Part shown: piece by piece, positions 1 through 10,551 of the stretch | Position numbering within the stretch: position 1 is the stretch's first letter | Layout: the number at the start of each line of letters is the position of its first letter | Source of the DNA: an uncultured cyanobacterium | Lineage (GTDB): Bacteria > Cyanobacteriota > Cyanobacteriia > PCC-6307 > Cyanobiaceae | Length of the DNA: 63,988 nt | Assembly (NCBI GenBank): GCA_963765575.1 | Contig: CAVXWZ010000003.1 | Location: forward strand, 1-63,988 | Direction of reading: 5' to 3' | The notes under the pieces: model-generated | Told to the model about the DNA's origin: nothing | The model's input: only the letters and a program-made list of their open reading frames with translations | Databases searched by the model: none | Position numbers and translations under genes: made by a program

Positions 1-715
1 AAGGTTGATGGGCGGGAGCCAGTTGGGATCGACCCAGCAACCGCGGCCCTCTTCCCCGATCCTTCGAAGACTCCGAGACCGGCCATATCCCGAAAGGCTG
101 GACGGTCCAGCCCGTCGGAGAAATCGTCGATTGTGTAGGCGGCGGAACGCCGAGCACCGCCGAGGCGAAATATTGGGAAAGGCGGTACGCACCACTGGAC
201 CACGCCGAAGGACTTCTCCTCGCACGAAGCGCCCGTCCTCCTCGACACCGACCGCAAGCTCACCGACGCCGGCATCGCCAAGATTTCGTCCGGCCTGCTC
301 CCAGCCGGAACCTTGCTGCTTTCCTCCCGCGCCCCCGTCGGCTACCTCGCCATAGCCGCCATGCCCGTCGCCATCAACCAGGGCTTCATCGCGCTGAAGT
401 GTAACGAACGCGCCTCAAACTTCTTCATGCTGAACTGGTGCCAGACGAACATGGCCGAGATCGAAAGCCGGGCCACCGGCACCACCTTCGCCGAAATCAG
501 CAAAAAGAACTTCCGCCCGATCCACGTCGTGCTGCCAACGAAGGAACTTATGGCCGACTTCACCGACCAAAGTTGCGCCGCTCTATGCCCAAATCACCGC
601 TAACCTCCATCTATCCCGCATCCTCGCCACTCTGCGGGACACGCTGCTGCCGAAGCTCCTCTCTGGTGAGCTGCAAGTGCCTGAAGCGATCCGATTGATC
701 GAGGCCCAAGCATGA
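1..715 (+). CDS. hsdS: Type I R-M specificity subunit, C-terminal part (partial at window edge, frameshifted)
   Basis: Joined frames read ...[61 protein letters not shown]; +1 indels near 178 and 568; stop overlaps the next ATG (ATGA). Confidence 0.9.
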
Positions 716-1949
716 GCAGGAGAGTTTCCAACTCCAGCGCACCGGCGCGGATCGAATACCTCAAGGTCCGCAACTTCCGCGCCTTGCGCGACGTGGAGTT
801 CAAGGACCTCACGCCGCTCACGGTGCTGTTGGGGCCCAACGGCAGCGGCAAGTCCACGATGTTCGACGTATTTGCTTTCCTGGCCGAGTGCTTCGAGCTG
901 GGTCTGCGTCGCGCCTGGGACAAGCGTGGCCGAGCAAAGGAACTCAAGACCCGTGGTGGTGAAGGCCCGGTGACCATCGAGATCAAATACCGCGAGCGCG
1001 GCTTTCCGCTCGATCACCTATCACCTCGCCGTCGATGAACGGGCCGGCGCTCCGATCGTGGTGGAAGAGTGGTTGCGCTGGAAGCGCGGCAGCCACGGCC
1101 AACCGTTCCGATTTCTCGACTATCGCGAGGGCCTGGGAAGTGCTGTCAGTGGCGAGCTTCCCGATGAAGAGGATCAGCGGGTCGATACGCCGCTGAAGTC
1201 CGCCGATCTGCTCGCCGTGAATGCCCTGGGTCAGTTCGCCGAGCACCCGCGTGTGGCGGCGTTGCGCGATTTCATCACCGGCTGGTATGTCTCCTACCTC
1301 TCCGCCGACAGTGCTCGCGGCCAACCAGAGGCGGGCCCGCAAGACCGACTGAGCCGCTCTGGCGACAACATCGCCAATGTGATCCAGTTTCTGGCCGAGC
1401 AGCATCCGCAGCGACTGGAGCAGATCTTTGCTGTGCTGCGCCAGCGTGTGCCACGCATCGAGAGCGTCTTGTCCGAAACCATGCCCGATGGCCGGCTGCT
1501 GCTCCAGATCAAGGACGCCCCGTTTTCCCATCCGGTGCTGGCCCGCTTTGCCTCCGACGGCACCCTGAAGATGCTCGCCTATCTGGTGATGCTCAACGAT
1601 CCCTCGCCTCCCCCCTTCATCGGCATCGAGGAGCCGGAGAACTTCCTCCATCCGCGCCTGCTGCCAGAACTCGCCGAGGAGTGCCGCGCCGCCATCGCCC
1701 AGACCCAGCTCCTGGTCACCACCCATTCCCCCTTCTTCCTCAACGGCTTGCGGCCAGAGGAGGTGCGTGTGCTGTGGCGCGATGTGCAGGGCTACACCCA
1801 GGCCCAGCGAGCCAGCGATCTTCAGGGCGTTCAGGCGTTCGTGAGCGGAAGGTGCCCTGCTGGGCCAGCTGTGGATGGAGGGCCAGCTCGGGGTGGGCGA
1901 TCCCCTGGTGAACCAAGGCGCCCCAACGAGGCCTCTGGCTGGGCGATGA
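712..1949 (+). CDS. ABC/AAA_21-type ATPase (frameshifted near 1010 and 1850)
   Basis: Walker A GPNGSGKS, signature-like ASDGT, Walker B/D-loop [13 protein letters not shown]-loop VTTHSP. Confidence 0.85.
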
Positions 1950-2570
1950 CCGTGGCCGCCAGCCATCTGGAGTTCCTGGTGGAGGAACCTTCCATGGAAG
2001 CCTTCCTCCGCGCCCTGCTGCCGAGGCTGCTTCCTCAGGACCGCACCTTTGAGGTGCACCCGTTTCAGGGCAAGAGCGATCTGCTCGCCAAGCTGGAAGC
2101 AAGGCTGCGCGCCTATGCCAGTTGGCTCCCGCCCGATTGGCGCCTGGTGGTGGTGGTCGACCGTGACGATGACGACTGCCATGCCCTCAAGCAGCAACTC
2201 GAAGCGATCGCCACAGGCTCCGGTCTGCGCACCCGAAGTTCGGCAGGGAACGACACGTGGCAGCTCGTTAACCGCGTGGCGATCGAAGAACTCGAAGCCT
2301 GGTTCTTCGGCGATTGGGATGCGGTGCGGCAGATCTATCCACGCGCGCCCGCCAACCTGCCCAGCAGGCAGGGCTTTCGTGATCCCGATGCCATTGCTGG
2401 GGGCACCTGGGAAGCCCTCGAACGAGTGCTCCAACGACATGGGTATGTGCCCGGGCGGGCTGCGCAAGATCGACACCGCTCGTGCGATCGGTGCCGTCCT
2501 GGATCCACAGCGCAGCCGATCCGCCAGCTTCAGGGCCTTTCATCAAGCCGTCATCGAGGCTGTGGCATGA
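1946..2570 (+). CDS. DUF4276-like (TOPRIM-like) protein (frameshift near 2455)
   Basis: [34 protein letters not shown] motifs; ATGA-coupled to the ATPase. Confidence 0.75.
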
Positions 2571-2611
2571 CCGGCCTCAACGTCTCCATTGGCGGACGCG
2601 TCCGCCCCCGC

Positions 2612-3037
2612 TCAGGAACCTGCCGGCACAAACAGCCGTGGCGCGAGATTGAGCTGGCGGATGCGCCGCCCAAAGCCGCGATCATCAAACGACGCCATCG
2701 CCTCGCAACTGCGGCAGCTGGCATGGTGCAGGGCATCGGCGAAGTCGAGCCCGTTGCGCACACCGGCCACGGCCTGCTCCAGGGCTGGCCGGTCTTCTGC
2801 CGTGAGGCCGGGATGGGCCAGCAGGTGGTCGAACACCTGCAGCACCTGCTCCACCGGGAAGCCGTAGTACCCACGCAGCACCCACTCCAGCTCCAGGGCC
2901 ACCGTCTTGGCCAGGAACAGCGGCTGGCCGGATTCGATCAGATCGCGGGCGGCCCGGCGCTGGCGTTCCGTGGCCGCATCGGCATCGTCCTCCGCCACGA
3001 AGTAGCGGGCCAGCACATTGGTGTCCAGGCCAATCAC
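2612..3037 (-). CDS. vapC: PIN-domain VapC toxin
   Basis: [28 protein letters not shown]. Confidence 0.9.
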   Translation of the reverse strand: MIGLDTNVLARYFVAEDDADAATERQRRAARDLIESGQPLFLAKTVALELEWVLRGYYGFPVEQVLQVFDHLLAHPGLTAEDRPALEQAVAGVRNGLDFADALHHASCRSCEAMASFDDRGFGRRIRQLNLAPRLFVPAGS

Positions 3038-3282
3038 GGGCGCAGCAGGCTGGCGGGATCGAAGTCCGCCGGCACGGCTGGCCGGCTGGTCTTCAGCAAT
3101 CCGAACCCGCTCTCCGGCAGTGGCTGCTCCGGCTTCCAGGGGCGCAGCTCGATGTGATCCCCCACCAACGCGAAACTCACGCGGCTGCCCCTGGCCAGCC
3201 CGAACTGCTGCCGCAACGCCTTGGGGATGGTCACCTGCCCCTTGCTGGTGATCGAGCTGGTGATGGCATCGGCAGAGTCCAT
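3034..3282 (-). CDS. AbrB/MazE-fold antitoxin
   Basis: [19 protein letters not shown]; overlaps vapC start. Confidence 0.85.
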   Translation of the reverse strand: MDSADAITSSITSKGQVTIPKALRQQFGLARGSRVSFALVGDHIELRPWKPEQPLPESGFGLLKTSRPAVPADFDPASLLRP

Positions 3283-3393
3283 CGAAACTCGCTCCCGAGG
3301 CAGGGTATTACCTGGTAAGGCTAGCTGGGAGCGGCTCGCATGGGCACACCGGCCCTGTTCAACCACGCGCATGGGTCATCTGTCCTGTGGAGC

Positions 3394-3870
3394 TCACCCC
3401 AGCGTCCGCAGGATGTCCTTCATCAGCAGCACCAGGTGCAACGGGTCGGTGGGGGACGGCTCGAATTCCGGGATGAGATGCAGATAGAACGCCCGGGCCG
3501 ACGCGCTCTCGGCATGGACGAGCAACCCCCGGCAACCCACTTCGGAGCCGATCTGTGCCGTGCGGCTGATCACATCCGCCAGCAGAGCGGCACCGAGGCC
3601 CCGTCCTTCATGGTGAAGGTCAACCCCGAGCCGGGCCAGCAGGGGAACGGCCTGCGCCGGCGTGATGCTGGCCATGCACCAGGCGTAGTACGCCACCACA
3701 TCGCAGCCGCCCGCTTCGGTGACCACGAACACCCTGCTGGTGCCGCCACGGGCATGGGCCTGGCGGGCGTGCTTTCTCAACCAGATCGTCTGCTCCTCGG
3801 ACCGGCATTGGAAACCGTCGAGGCGATCGGCGGAGGCCAGCAGCCGGGGCGACAGGTAGCCGGCGCTCAC
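3394..3870 (-). CDS. GNAT acetyltransferase toxin (TacT/AtaT-like), possibly internally shortened
   Basis: FQC..LLARLGVD..GRGLGAALL..LVHA..ARAFY; paired with DUF1778 gene. Confidence 0.8.
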   Translation of the reverse strand: MSAGYLSPRLLASADRLDGFQCRSEEQTIWLRKHARQAHARGGTSRVFVVTEAGGCDVVAYYAWCMASITPAQAVPLLARLGVDLHHEGRGLGAALLADVISRTAQIGSEVGCRGLLVHAESASARAFYLHLIPEFEPSPTDPLHLVLLMKDILRTLG

Positions 3871-4175
3871 TCCTGAAACGGTGAGGGCCGATCCATCAGC
3901 GCACGCAGCCCCTTCAGCGGGCGTGCCGGCCGTTCGTTGATGCGCTCCCAGGCGTCGAGCGCCTCGGGGTCAAGGCGGAAATCCTCGCGGTCGGCCAGCA
4001 CCTGCTGGGCGGCCAGGCGCAGATGGGTGATCACGAACCCGGTGAGATCGGTGCCGGAAGCGATGACGGCCCGATCAATCAGTTGGCGATCTTCAGCCGT
4101 TGCCCTTACTTCGATGCGTCGATTGCGGGAACGGGTGCTGGCGGGGTCCAAGGGTTTGCCTCTCTGTACGGCCAT
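3867..4175 (-). CDS. DUF1778 RHH antitoxin (TacA-like)
   Basis: RIEVRAT..LIDRA..LTGFV..AAQQVLAD. Confidence 0.85.
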   Translation of the reverse strand: MAVQRGKPLDPASTRSRNRRIEVRATAEDRQLIDRAVIASGTDLTGFVITHLRLAAQQVLADREDFRLDPEALDAWERINERPARPLKGLRALMDRPSPFQE

Positions 4176-4367
4176 TGTACGGCCACTGACAGGCCATCAG
4201 GGACTGGCACGAGACCTGCCAACACCCCAGGCACCGTCTAGCCTCTGGCGAGTGGACGGCAGGGTTGCCAGGACCATGCTCAGCGTGGACGTCACCGGCA
4301 AGCCCTGGGCGGTGACCCCAGGGTGTTGAGGACGACACAGCTAACCTCGAACCAGCACGGTTGGGCC

Positions 4368-4595
4368 ATGTCCGAACAGGAACGCCAGCTTCAAGACCTC
4401 GAAAGCCGGTTCCCGCTGGCCTCCGGTGCGGCCTTCGCCGCCGCGCGTGCTCAGGTGCTCGCCTCTGGACAGAGCGTGTTGCAAACCGAAGGCGGCTTCA
4501 TCGTCCGGGTCTTCCCCGACGGGCGCAAGCAGCGGCTGAAGCCGGTCGAGCCTCCCACCCCGGTCACACCTGGCACCACCTTCACCATCCGGTGA
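4368..4595 (+). CDS. Small protein, putative antitoxin partner of the zeta-like ATPase
   Basis: 75 aa; stop overlaps the GTG of the downstream P-loop gene. Confidence 0.55.
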   Translation: MSEQERQLQDLESRFPLASGAAFAAARAQVLASGQSVLQTEGGFIVRVFPDGRKQRLKPVEPPTPVTPGTTFTIR

Positions 4596-5435
4596 TCGCG
4601 GCCACACCCAGGCTGCGGGTGTTCGCAGGGCCCAATGGCTCGGGGAAAAGCGTGCTCAAGGCGGTGCTGCCGCCGCCTCTGCTGGGGGTGTACATCAACC
4701 CGGATGAGATCGAGGCGAGCATCCGCCAGAACGGCTTCCTGGATCTGGGTGCCTTTGGCGTCAACACCACCGCAGCCGAGCTGTTGCCGGCCTTCACGGG
4801 CTCCGAGTTGCTGCGATCGGCAGGGTTGCTGGAGCCTGCGTGGCGGTTGCGCTTGGAGGGCGGGCGCCTGGTCTTTGCCGGCGTGGTGGTCAATGCCTAC
4901 TTCGCTTCGGTGGTGGCGGATGTTCTGCGCCAGCACCTGCTGGAGCGCCGGGCACAGCTTCACCTGCGAAACCGTCATGTCCCATCCCGGCAAGGTGGCG
5001 CTCCTGGAGCAAGCACAACGGCTTGGCTACCGCACCTATCTCTATTTCGTGGCTACAGATGATCCCGAGATCAATGTTTCGCGGGTGCGCAACCGCGTTG
5101 GGCTGGGCGGGCATCCTGTGCCGGAAGACAAGATCATCAGCCGCTACTACCGCTCGCTGGCGCACTTGCTGGAGGCCATCAAGCACACAAACCGGGCCTA
5201 CATCTTCGACAACTCAACCGATAGCGCCGACCCACAGCTCGCCTGGATCGCAGAAATCACCGATGGCCGGCGGCTGGAGCTCAAGACAGACCGGATCCCC
5301 GCCTGGTTCAAAAGGGCAGTGATTGAAAAGATTGCTGAGCTTCTAGTTCCTGCCAGGCCACAGTATCCTCCCGCTGACAGGATCTACGTCGATCAGCTTG
5401 AGTCTGCAAGGCGCCAGCCTGCCCGAGCCCCATGA
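4592..5435 (+). CDS. Zeta-toxin-like P-loop kinase/ATPase (frameshift near 4950)
   Basis: [43 protein letters not shown]. Confidence 0.75.
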
Positions 5436-8400
5436 CCCTCACCGAAGCCATGCGTCGAAGAGGCGCCCTCGGCTGGTTCCACGAGCTGGGCTATGCCGTG
5501 CTCCCCGGCCCCCAGCTGGCTCCCGGCGAACCGGCGGCGGAGCGGGAGTCGTTCAGCGATGTGGTTCTGGTGGGCCGGCTGCGCGAGGCCATCCGCCAGC
5601 TCAACCCCGCCATTCCTGAGGACGCCCGTGAAGAGGCCCTGCGCAAGCTGCTGCGCCTGGCCACGCCCTCGCTGGTGCAGACCAACCGCGCCTTCCACCG
5701 CCTGCTGCGTGAGGGCGTGCCGGTGGAATACCCCCGGCCCGATGGCAGCATCGCCGGCGACCATGTGCGGCTGGTCGACTTCGCAGCCGTTGCCGCCAAC
5801 GACTGGCTGGTGGTGAACCAGTTCTCCGTCAGCGATGGCCAGCACAACCGCCGGCCCGACCTGGTGGTGTTCCTCAACGGGCTCCCCCTCGGCCTGATCG
5901 AGCTCAAGAACGCCGCCGCTGAAGACGCCACCATCTGGAGCGCCTACGCCCAGCTGCAGACCTACAAAGCCGAGATTCCCTCACTCCTCCAGTACAACGC
6001 CGCCCTGGTGGTGAGCGATGGGCTGCAGGCCCGCATCGGCTCGATCACGGCCAACCAGGAGTGGTTCAAGCTGTGGCGCAGCATCGATGGCGAAGCCGAC
6101 GCGCCGGCCACAGCCCTGGAGCTGGAAACGCTGATTCGTGGCGTGTTCGCGCCGCAGCGCTTTCTCGATCTGCTGCAGCACTTCATCGTCTTCGAGGAAG
6201 ACCCGGATTCAGGTGCCCTGCACAAGATCATCGCCGGCTATCACCAGTTCCATGCCGTGAACGCGGCGGTGCAGGAAACCGTGCGCGCCAGCGGCATGGG
6301 CCCTGCGCGCCGCAGCCAGGGCGGCCGGCCGGGCGACCGCCGCGCCGGCGTGGTGTGGCACACCCAGGGCAGCGGCAAGAGTTTCACCATGCTCTTCTTC
6401 GCCGCCCGCATGATCCGCGCGGCCGCGATGCAGAACCCCACCCTGGTGGTGCTCACCGATCGCAACGACCTCGACGACCAGCTCTTCGGCCAGTTCCAGC
6501 GCTGCGCCGACATCCTCGGCCAGACACCCGTGCAGGCCGCCAGTCGCGAGCAGTTGCGCGACCTGCTCAACCGGGCCAGCGGCGGCGTGGTGTTCACCAC
6601 CATCCAGAAGTTCATGCCGGAACGGGGCGAAGCGATGCCCGAGCTGAGCGCCCGGGCAGAACATCGTGGTGATCGCCGATGAAGCGCACCGCAGCCAGTA
6701 CGGCTTCGGCGCCAAGGTGAACGAGAAGACCGGCGCCATCTCCTACGGCTTCGCCAGCAACCTGCGCGATGCCCTGCCCAACGCCTCCTTCATCGGTTTC
6801 ACGGGCACCCCGATCGAGCAGACCGACGCCAACACCCGGGCGGTGTTCGGCGATTACATCTCCATCTACGACATCCAGCGCGCCGTGGCCGACAAGGCCA
6901 CCGTGCCGATCTACTACGAGAGCCGCATCTCCAAGCTTTCCCTCAATGCCGCCGCGCTGCCCGGTCTGGATGCCGAGTTCGAGGAGATCACCGAAGGCGA
7001 GGAGCTCACGCAGAAGGAAAAGCTGAAAACCAAATGGGCCGCCCTCGAAGCCTTGGTGGGCGATCCCGATCGCCTCGCGCTCGTGGCCGCCGACCTGGTG
7101 GCTCACCTCGAGAAACGCCTGGAGGCGATGGATGGCAAGGCCATGGTGGTGTGCATGAGCCGCCGCATCTGCGTCGATCTCCACAACGCCCTGATCCAGC
7201 TGCGGCCCGAGTGGGCACACGACACCCTCAAGGTGGTGATGACCGGCAGCGCCGATGACGGCCCCGACTGGCAGCCCCACATCCGCAGCAAGGAAGCGCG
7301 CCGCCAGCTGGCCAACCGCTTCAAAGATGCCGCCGACCCCTTCAGGATCGTGATCGTGCGTGACATGTGGCTCACCGGCTTCGATGCCCCCTGCCTGCAC
7401 ACCATGTATGCCGATAAACCGATGCAGGGCCACGGCCTGATGCAGGCGATCGCCCGCGTCAACCGGGTGTTCCGCGACAAGCCCGGCGGCCTGGTGGTGG
7501 ACTACCTCGGCCTCGCCGATCAGCTCAAGCGCGCCCTGGCCAGCTACACCGAAAGTGGCGGCCAGGGCGACCCCACCTTCGACCCGGCCCAGGCCATCGC
7601 CGTGATGCTCGAAAAGCACGGCATCGCCTCGGATCTGCTGCACGGTTTCGACTGGTCGGCCTGGAGCAGCGGCACCCCCAGCGAGCGCCTGCAGCTCCTT
7701 CCCGCCGGCCAGGAGCACATCCTGCTGCAGGAGAACGGCAAGCAGCGCTGGCTGCAGGTGGTGGCCGAACTCTCCCGCGCCTTCGCCCTCAGCGCCGCCA
7801 GCGATGAGGCCACCGCCATCCGCGACGACGTGAGTTTCTTTCAGGCCATTCAGGCGGCCTTCTCCAAGGCAACCAGCGGCACCAGCCGGGCGCCCGAGCA
7901 GATCGACGCCGCCATCCGCCAGCTGGTGAGCAAGGCCATCACCACCGATGGCCAGGTGATCGATGTGTTCACCGCCGCCGGCCTGCCCAGGCCCGACATC
8001 TCCATCCTCAGCGATCAGTTCCTGGCTGAGGTGCGGGGTCTCAAGCACAGGAACGTGGCCGCCGAGCTGCTGGAGAAGCTGCTGAAAGACGAGCTCAAAG
8101 TGCGCTCCAAGCGCAACCTGGTGCAGAGCCAGGTGTTCTCCGAAAAGCTCAAAACCACCCTGAATGCCTATCACAGCCGCGCCATCACCACAGCCCAGGT
8201 GATCGAAGAGCTGATCGCCCTCGCCAAGGAACTCGATGCCGCCAGCAAGCGCGGCGAATCCCTTGGCCTCAGCCACGACGAAGTCGCCTTCTACGATGCC
8301 CTCGCCGCCAACGACAGCGCCGTGCAGGCGATGGGTGACGCCAAGCTCAAACTGATTGCTGCTGAGCTGATCACCCAGGTGAAGAAGAGCGTGTCGATCG

Positions 8401-8549
8401 ACTGGACCCTGCGCGAAAGTGCCCGCGCCCGGATCCGCGTGATGGTGAAGCGCATCCTCAACAAATACGGCTATCCCCCCGATCTGCAGGACGCCGCGGT
8501 GAAAACCGTGCTCGCCCAGGCGGAGCTGCTCTGCGCCGCCTGGGTGTGA
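5432..8549 (+). CDS. hsdR: Type I restriction endonuclease subunit R (indels near 5450 and 6655)
   Basis: RRPD..NGLPL..IELK nuclease motif, [40 protein letters not shown]-terminal YGYPPD. Confidence 0.95.
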
Positions 8550-8619
8550 CAGGCAGAGCCGAGCAGAGCGGTCGTTGGGACGGCGGTGGCATCCATCAGT
8601 GCCAACGCAACTCACCCCT

Positions 8620-9012
8620 TTGGCCACCCGCGCCGTTTACAGCTTCTGGGGCTTTGCCGCAAGGCCGCCCTGCCACCTCTATCTGCACCACGACGGCTAC
8701 CCCACCGGCGCCGCCTGGCGCTTCGCAGCCGCGCTGCGGGAAACAGCTGAGCCCCAAGACTTCCTCAGCAGCTTCCTCAGCACCCAGACCAGGGCCGAAC
8801 AGCTCACCAGCCCCCACCAGGCCGCCGATGCGGAGTACCGCTACCGGGTGCAACTGGTGAGCTCCCCAGAGGCCCAGGTTGCGGTGCAGTGGCAGCGACG
8901 GCTGCCTCGCTCCAGCCACTGGCAGCAGAGCTGGGGGCCGGTGCCCCTGCCGATCTTCATCCAGCGCTTCCTGCCCGGCGACACCCCGGCCTGCGCTCGG
9001 GCCGGGATGTGA
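8620..9012 (+). CDS. Hypothetical protein with YLHHDGYP motif
   Basis: ORF with (M)ATRA start, YxHxDGYP and AEYRY motifs. Confidence 0.5.
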   Translation: MATRAVYSFWGFAARPPCHLYLHHDGYPTGAAWRFAAALRETAEPQDFLSSFLSTQTRAEQLTSPHQAADAEYRYRVQLVSSPEAQVAVQWQRRLPRSSHWQQSWGPVPLPIFIQRFLPGDTPACARAGM

Positions 9013-9082
9013 TCGCCAGCCGGGGGCGGTTGCTGCCGTGCCGTGGAGCCGGTACCTTTCCGGCCTGTTCTCCTCTGCGGAG

Positions 9083-9475
9083 ATGGACTCGTTTGCTCTG
9101 CGCCTGGCTCGCCCGGCGTCCATCCTGCTGCTGGCGGCCCTGGGCCTGCTCGGCTCCTGGGCCGGGCCGCGCGCGCTGGCCAATGGGACTCCGCAGGCCG
9201 ATGCCCTCGCCGCCATCCGCCAGGTGTGGCCGCAGGAGCACATCCCCACCGCCATCCAGCTGGCCTTCAGCGAGAGCGGCCTGTCGCCCAGCGCCCGTGG
9301 CTGCGACGGCGATTGCTTCGGCCTGTTTCAGATTCACTTCAGCGCCAACCGGCGCCTGATGGCCTCGATGGGCATCACGCAACCCGAAGAGCTGCTCGAT
9401 CCTGTCGTCAACTCCACCGTGGCCTACCGGCTGTTCCGGATCGAGGGCTGGAGGCCCTGGGGGATCGAACCGTGA
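9083..9475 (+). CDS. Secreted lytic transglycosylase/lysozyme-like (SLT) protein
   Basis: Signal peptide, catalytic ESG, GLFQI, LLDP..N, GWRPW. Confidence 0.75.
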   Translation: MDSFALRLARPASILLLAALGLLGSWAGPRALANGTPQADALAAIRQVWPQEHIPTAIQLAFSESGLSPSARGCDGDCFGLFQIHFSANRRLMASMGITQPEELLDPVVNSTVAYRLFRIEGWRPWGIEP

Positions 9476-9484
9476 GCGGCTGAC

Positions 9485-9706
9485 TCAGCCCTCACCGCCC
9501 TCGCCACTTCTGCCTTCATCGCCCTCGCCCCCTTCGCCGCCTTCTCCCCCCTCGCCGCCCTGCTCCATCGCGTCGTCGTTGCTGCGTTCCATCACCGCTT
9601 CGCCCCCCTCGCCGCCGTCCATCCGTTCAGCGGGACGTCCGCAGCCCAGGGTGCCGGCCGCCAGGCCGGCGGTGGCCAGAAACAGGGCGATGCTGGGTCG
9701 GGCCAT
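9485..9706 (-). CDS. Small Gly/Glu-repeat (GGEG) putative lipoprotein
   Basis: Hydrophobic N-terminus with TLG-C lipobox-like site; GGEGGEGGEGGEG tail. Confidence 0.65.
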   Translation of the reverse strand: MARPSIALFLATAGLAAGTLGCGRPAERMDGGEGGEAVMERSNDDAMEQGGEGGEGGEGGEGDEGRSGEGGEG

Positions 9707-9797
9707 GACAACGGGTTAAAGCTGCACAAGTCTTGGCGATCCGGCGGCGACAGGGTCCTGCTTTGGTCACGCGCCGAGGTGCCATTGGTCACATCCC

Positions 9798-10463
9798 ATG
9801 CGTTTCGCCCTTGAACCCCTCCTGGAGGCGCCGCAACTGGCGGAGCTGCGCCAGGAGCTGCTCAGCGCCGCCGCTGCCTGGCTGCCGGGCGAAGCCACCG
9901 CCGGCTGGCATGCCCGCACCGTGAAGCGCAACCGCCAGCTGGATCGCGCCTCGGCCGCGCATGGCCGGCTGGCAACCGCCGTGGAGGCGGCCATGCTGCG
10001 CCACCCCCTGGTCCAGGCCGCCGCCCTGCCGCTGCGGCTGCATGGCCTGCTGTTCAGCCGCTGCGCGCCGGGGGAGGGCTACGGCCGCCATGTGGACAAC
10101 GCCTTCATGCCCCAGGGCCGCAGCGACCTCTCCTTCACCCTCTTCCTCAGTGATCCAGCCGACTACGGGGGCGGCGAGCTGGTGCTGGAATCGCCCGCGG
10201 CCGAGGAGGCGCTGCGGCTGCCGGCGGGCCATGCCGTTGTGTACCCCAGCAGCCTGTTGCACCGCGTCGAGCCGGTGAGCCGCGGCGAACGGTTGGTGGC
10301 GGTGGGCTGGATTCACAGCCGGGTGCGCCACGCCGATCAGCGCGAACTGCTGTTCGAACTCGACACCGCCCGCCGAACCCTGTTCCAGCAGGAGGGCAAG
10401 AGCGAGGTGTTCGATCTGATCAGCCGCAGCTACACCAACCTCCTGCGCCGCTGGGGCGAATGA
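9798..10463 (+). CDS. piuC: PKHD-type Fe(II)/2-oxoglutarate dioxygenase (PiuC/YbiX family)
   Basis: ATAG..A..VKRN.Q, YGRHVDN, RSDLSFTLFL, YGGGEL, LHRVEPV..GER, NLLRRW. Confidence 0.85.
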   Translation: MRFALEPLLEAPQLAELRQELLSAAAAWLPGEATAGWHARTVKRNRQLDRASAAHGRLATAVEAAMLRHPLVQAAALPLRLHGLLFSRCAPGEGYGRHVDNAFMPQGRSDLSFTLFLSDPADYGGGELVLESPAAEEALRLPAGHAVVYPSSLLHRVEPVSRGERLVAVGWIHSRVRHADQRELLFELDTARRTLFQQEGKSEVFDLISRSYTNLLRRWGE

Positions 10464-10551
10464 AGGCCGCCAGGGGGAAGCGCCAGCTTGCGGTCTGTGA
10501 ACAAGTTCGCCGTGTTGGCGGCTCCAAATCGATGCCTGGCTGGACTACCGC

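Noticed and set aside
1058..3157. 699-aa ORF suggesting an ATPase-DUF4276 fusion with a long tail
   Set aside because: It arises from frameshifts near 1850 and 2455; corrected frames give two ATGA-coupled genes, and the tail is antisense to vapBC.
1..6700. Wholesale pseudogenisation or programmed frameshifting of the R-M island
   Set aside because: The lesions I traced are single-base insertions without nonsense codons or shared slippery motifs, which fits long-read error better; not provable without reads.
6612..8627. Long antisense or alternate-frame ORFs (also 16268-17728, 20542-22176, 51636-53189 and others)
   Set aside because: These are shadow ORFs of high-GC genes with recognisable products on the other strand or frame.
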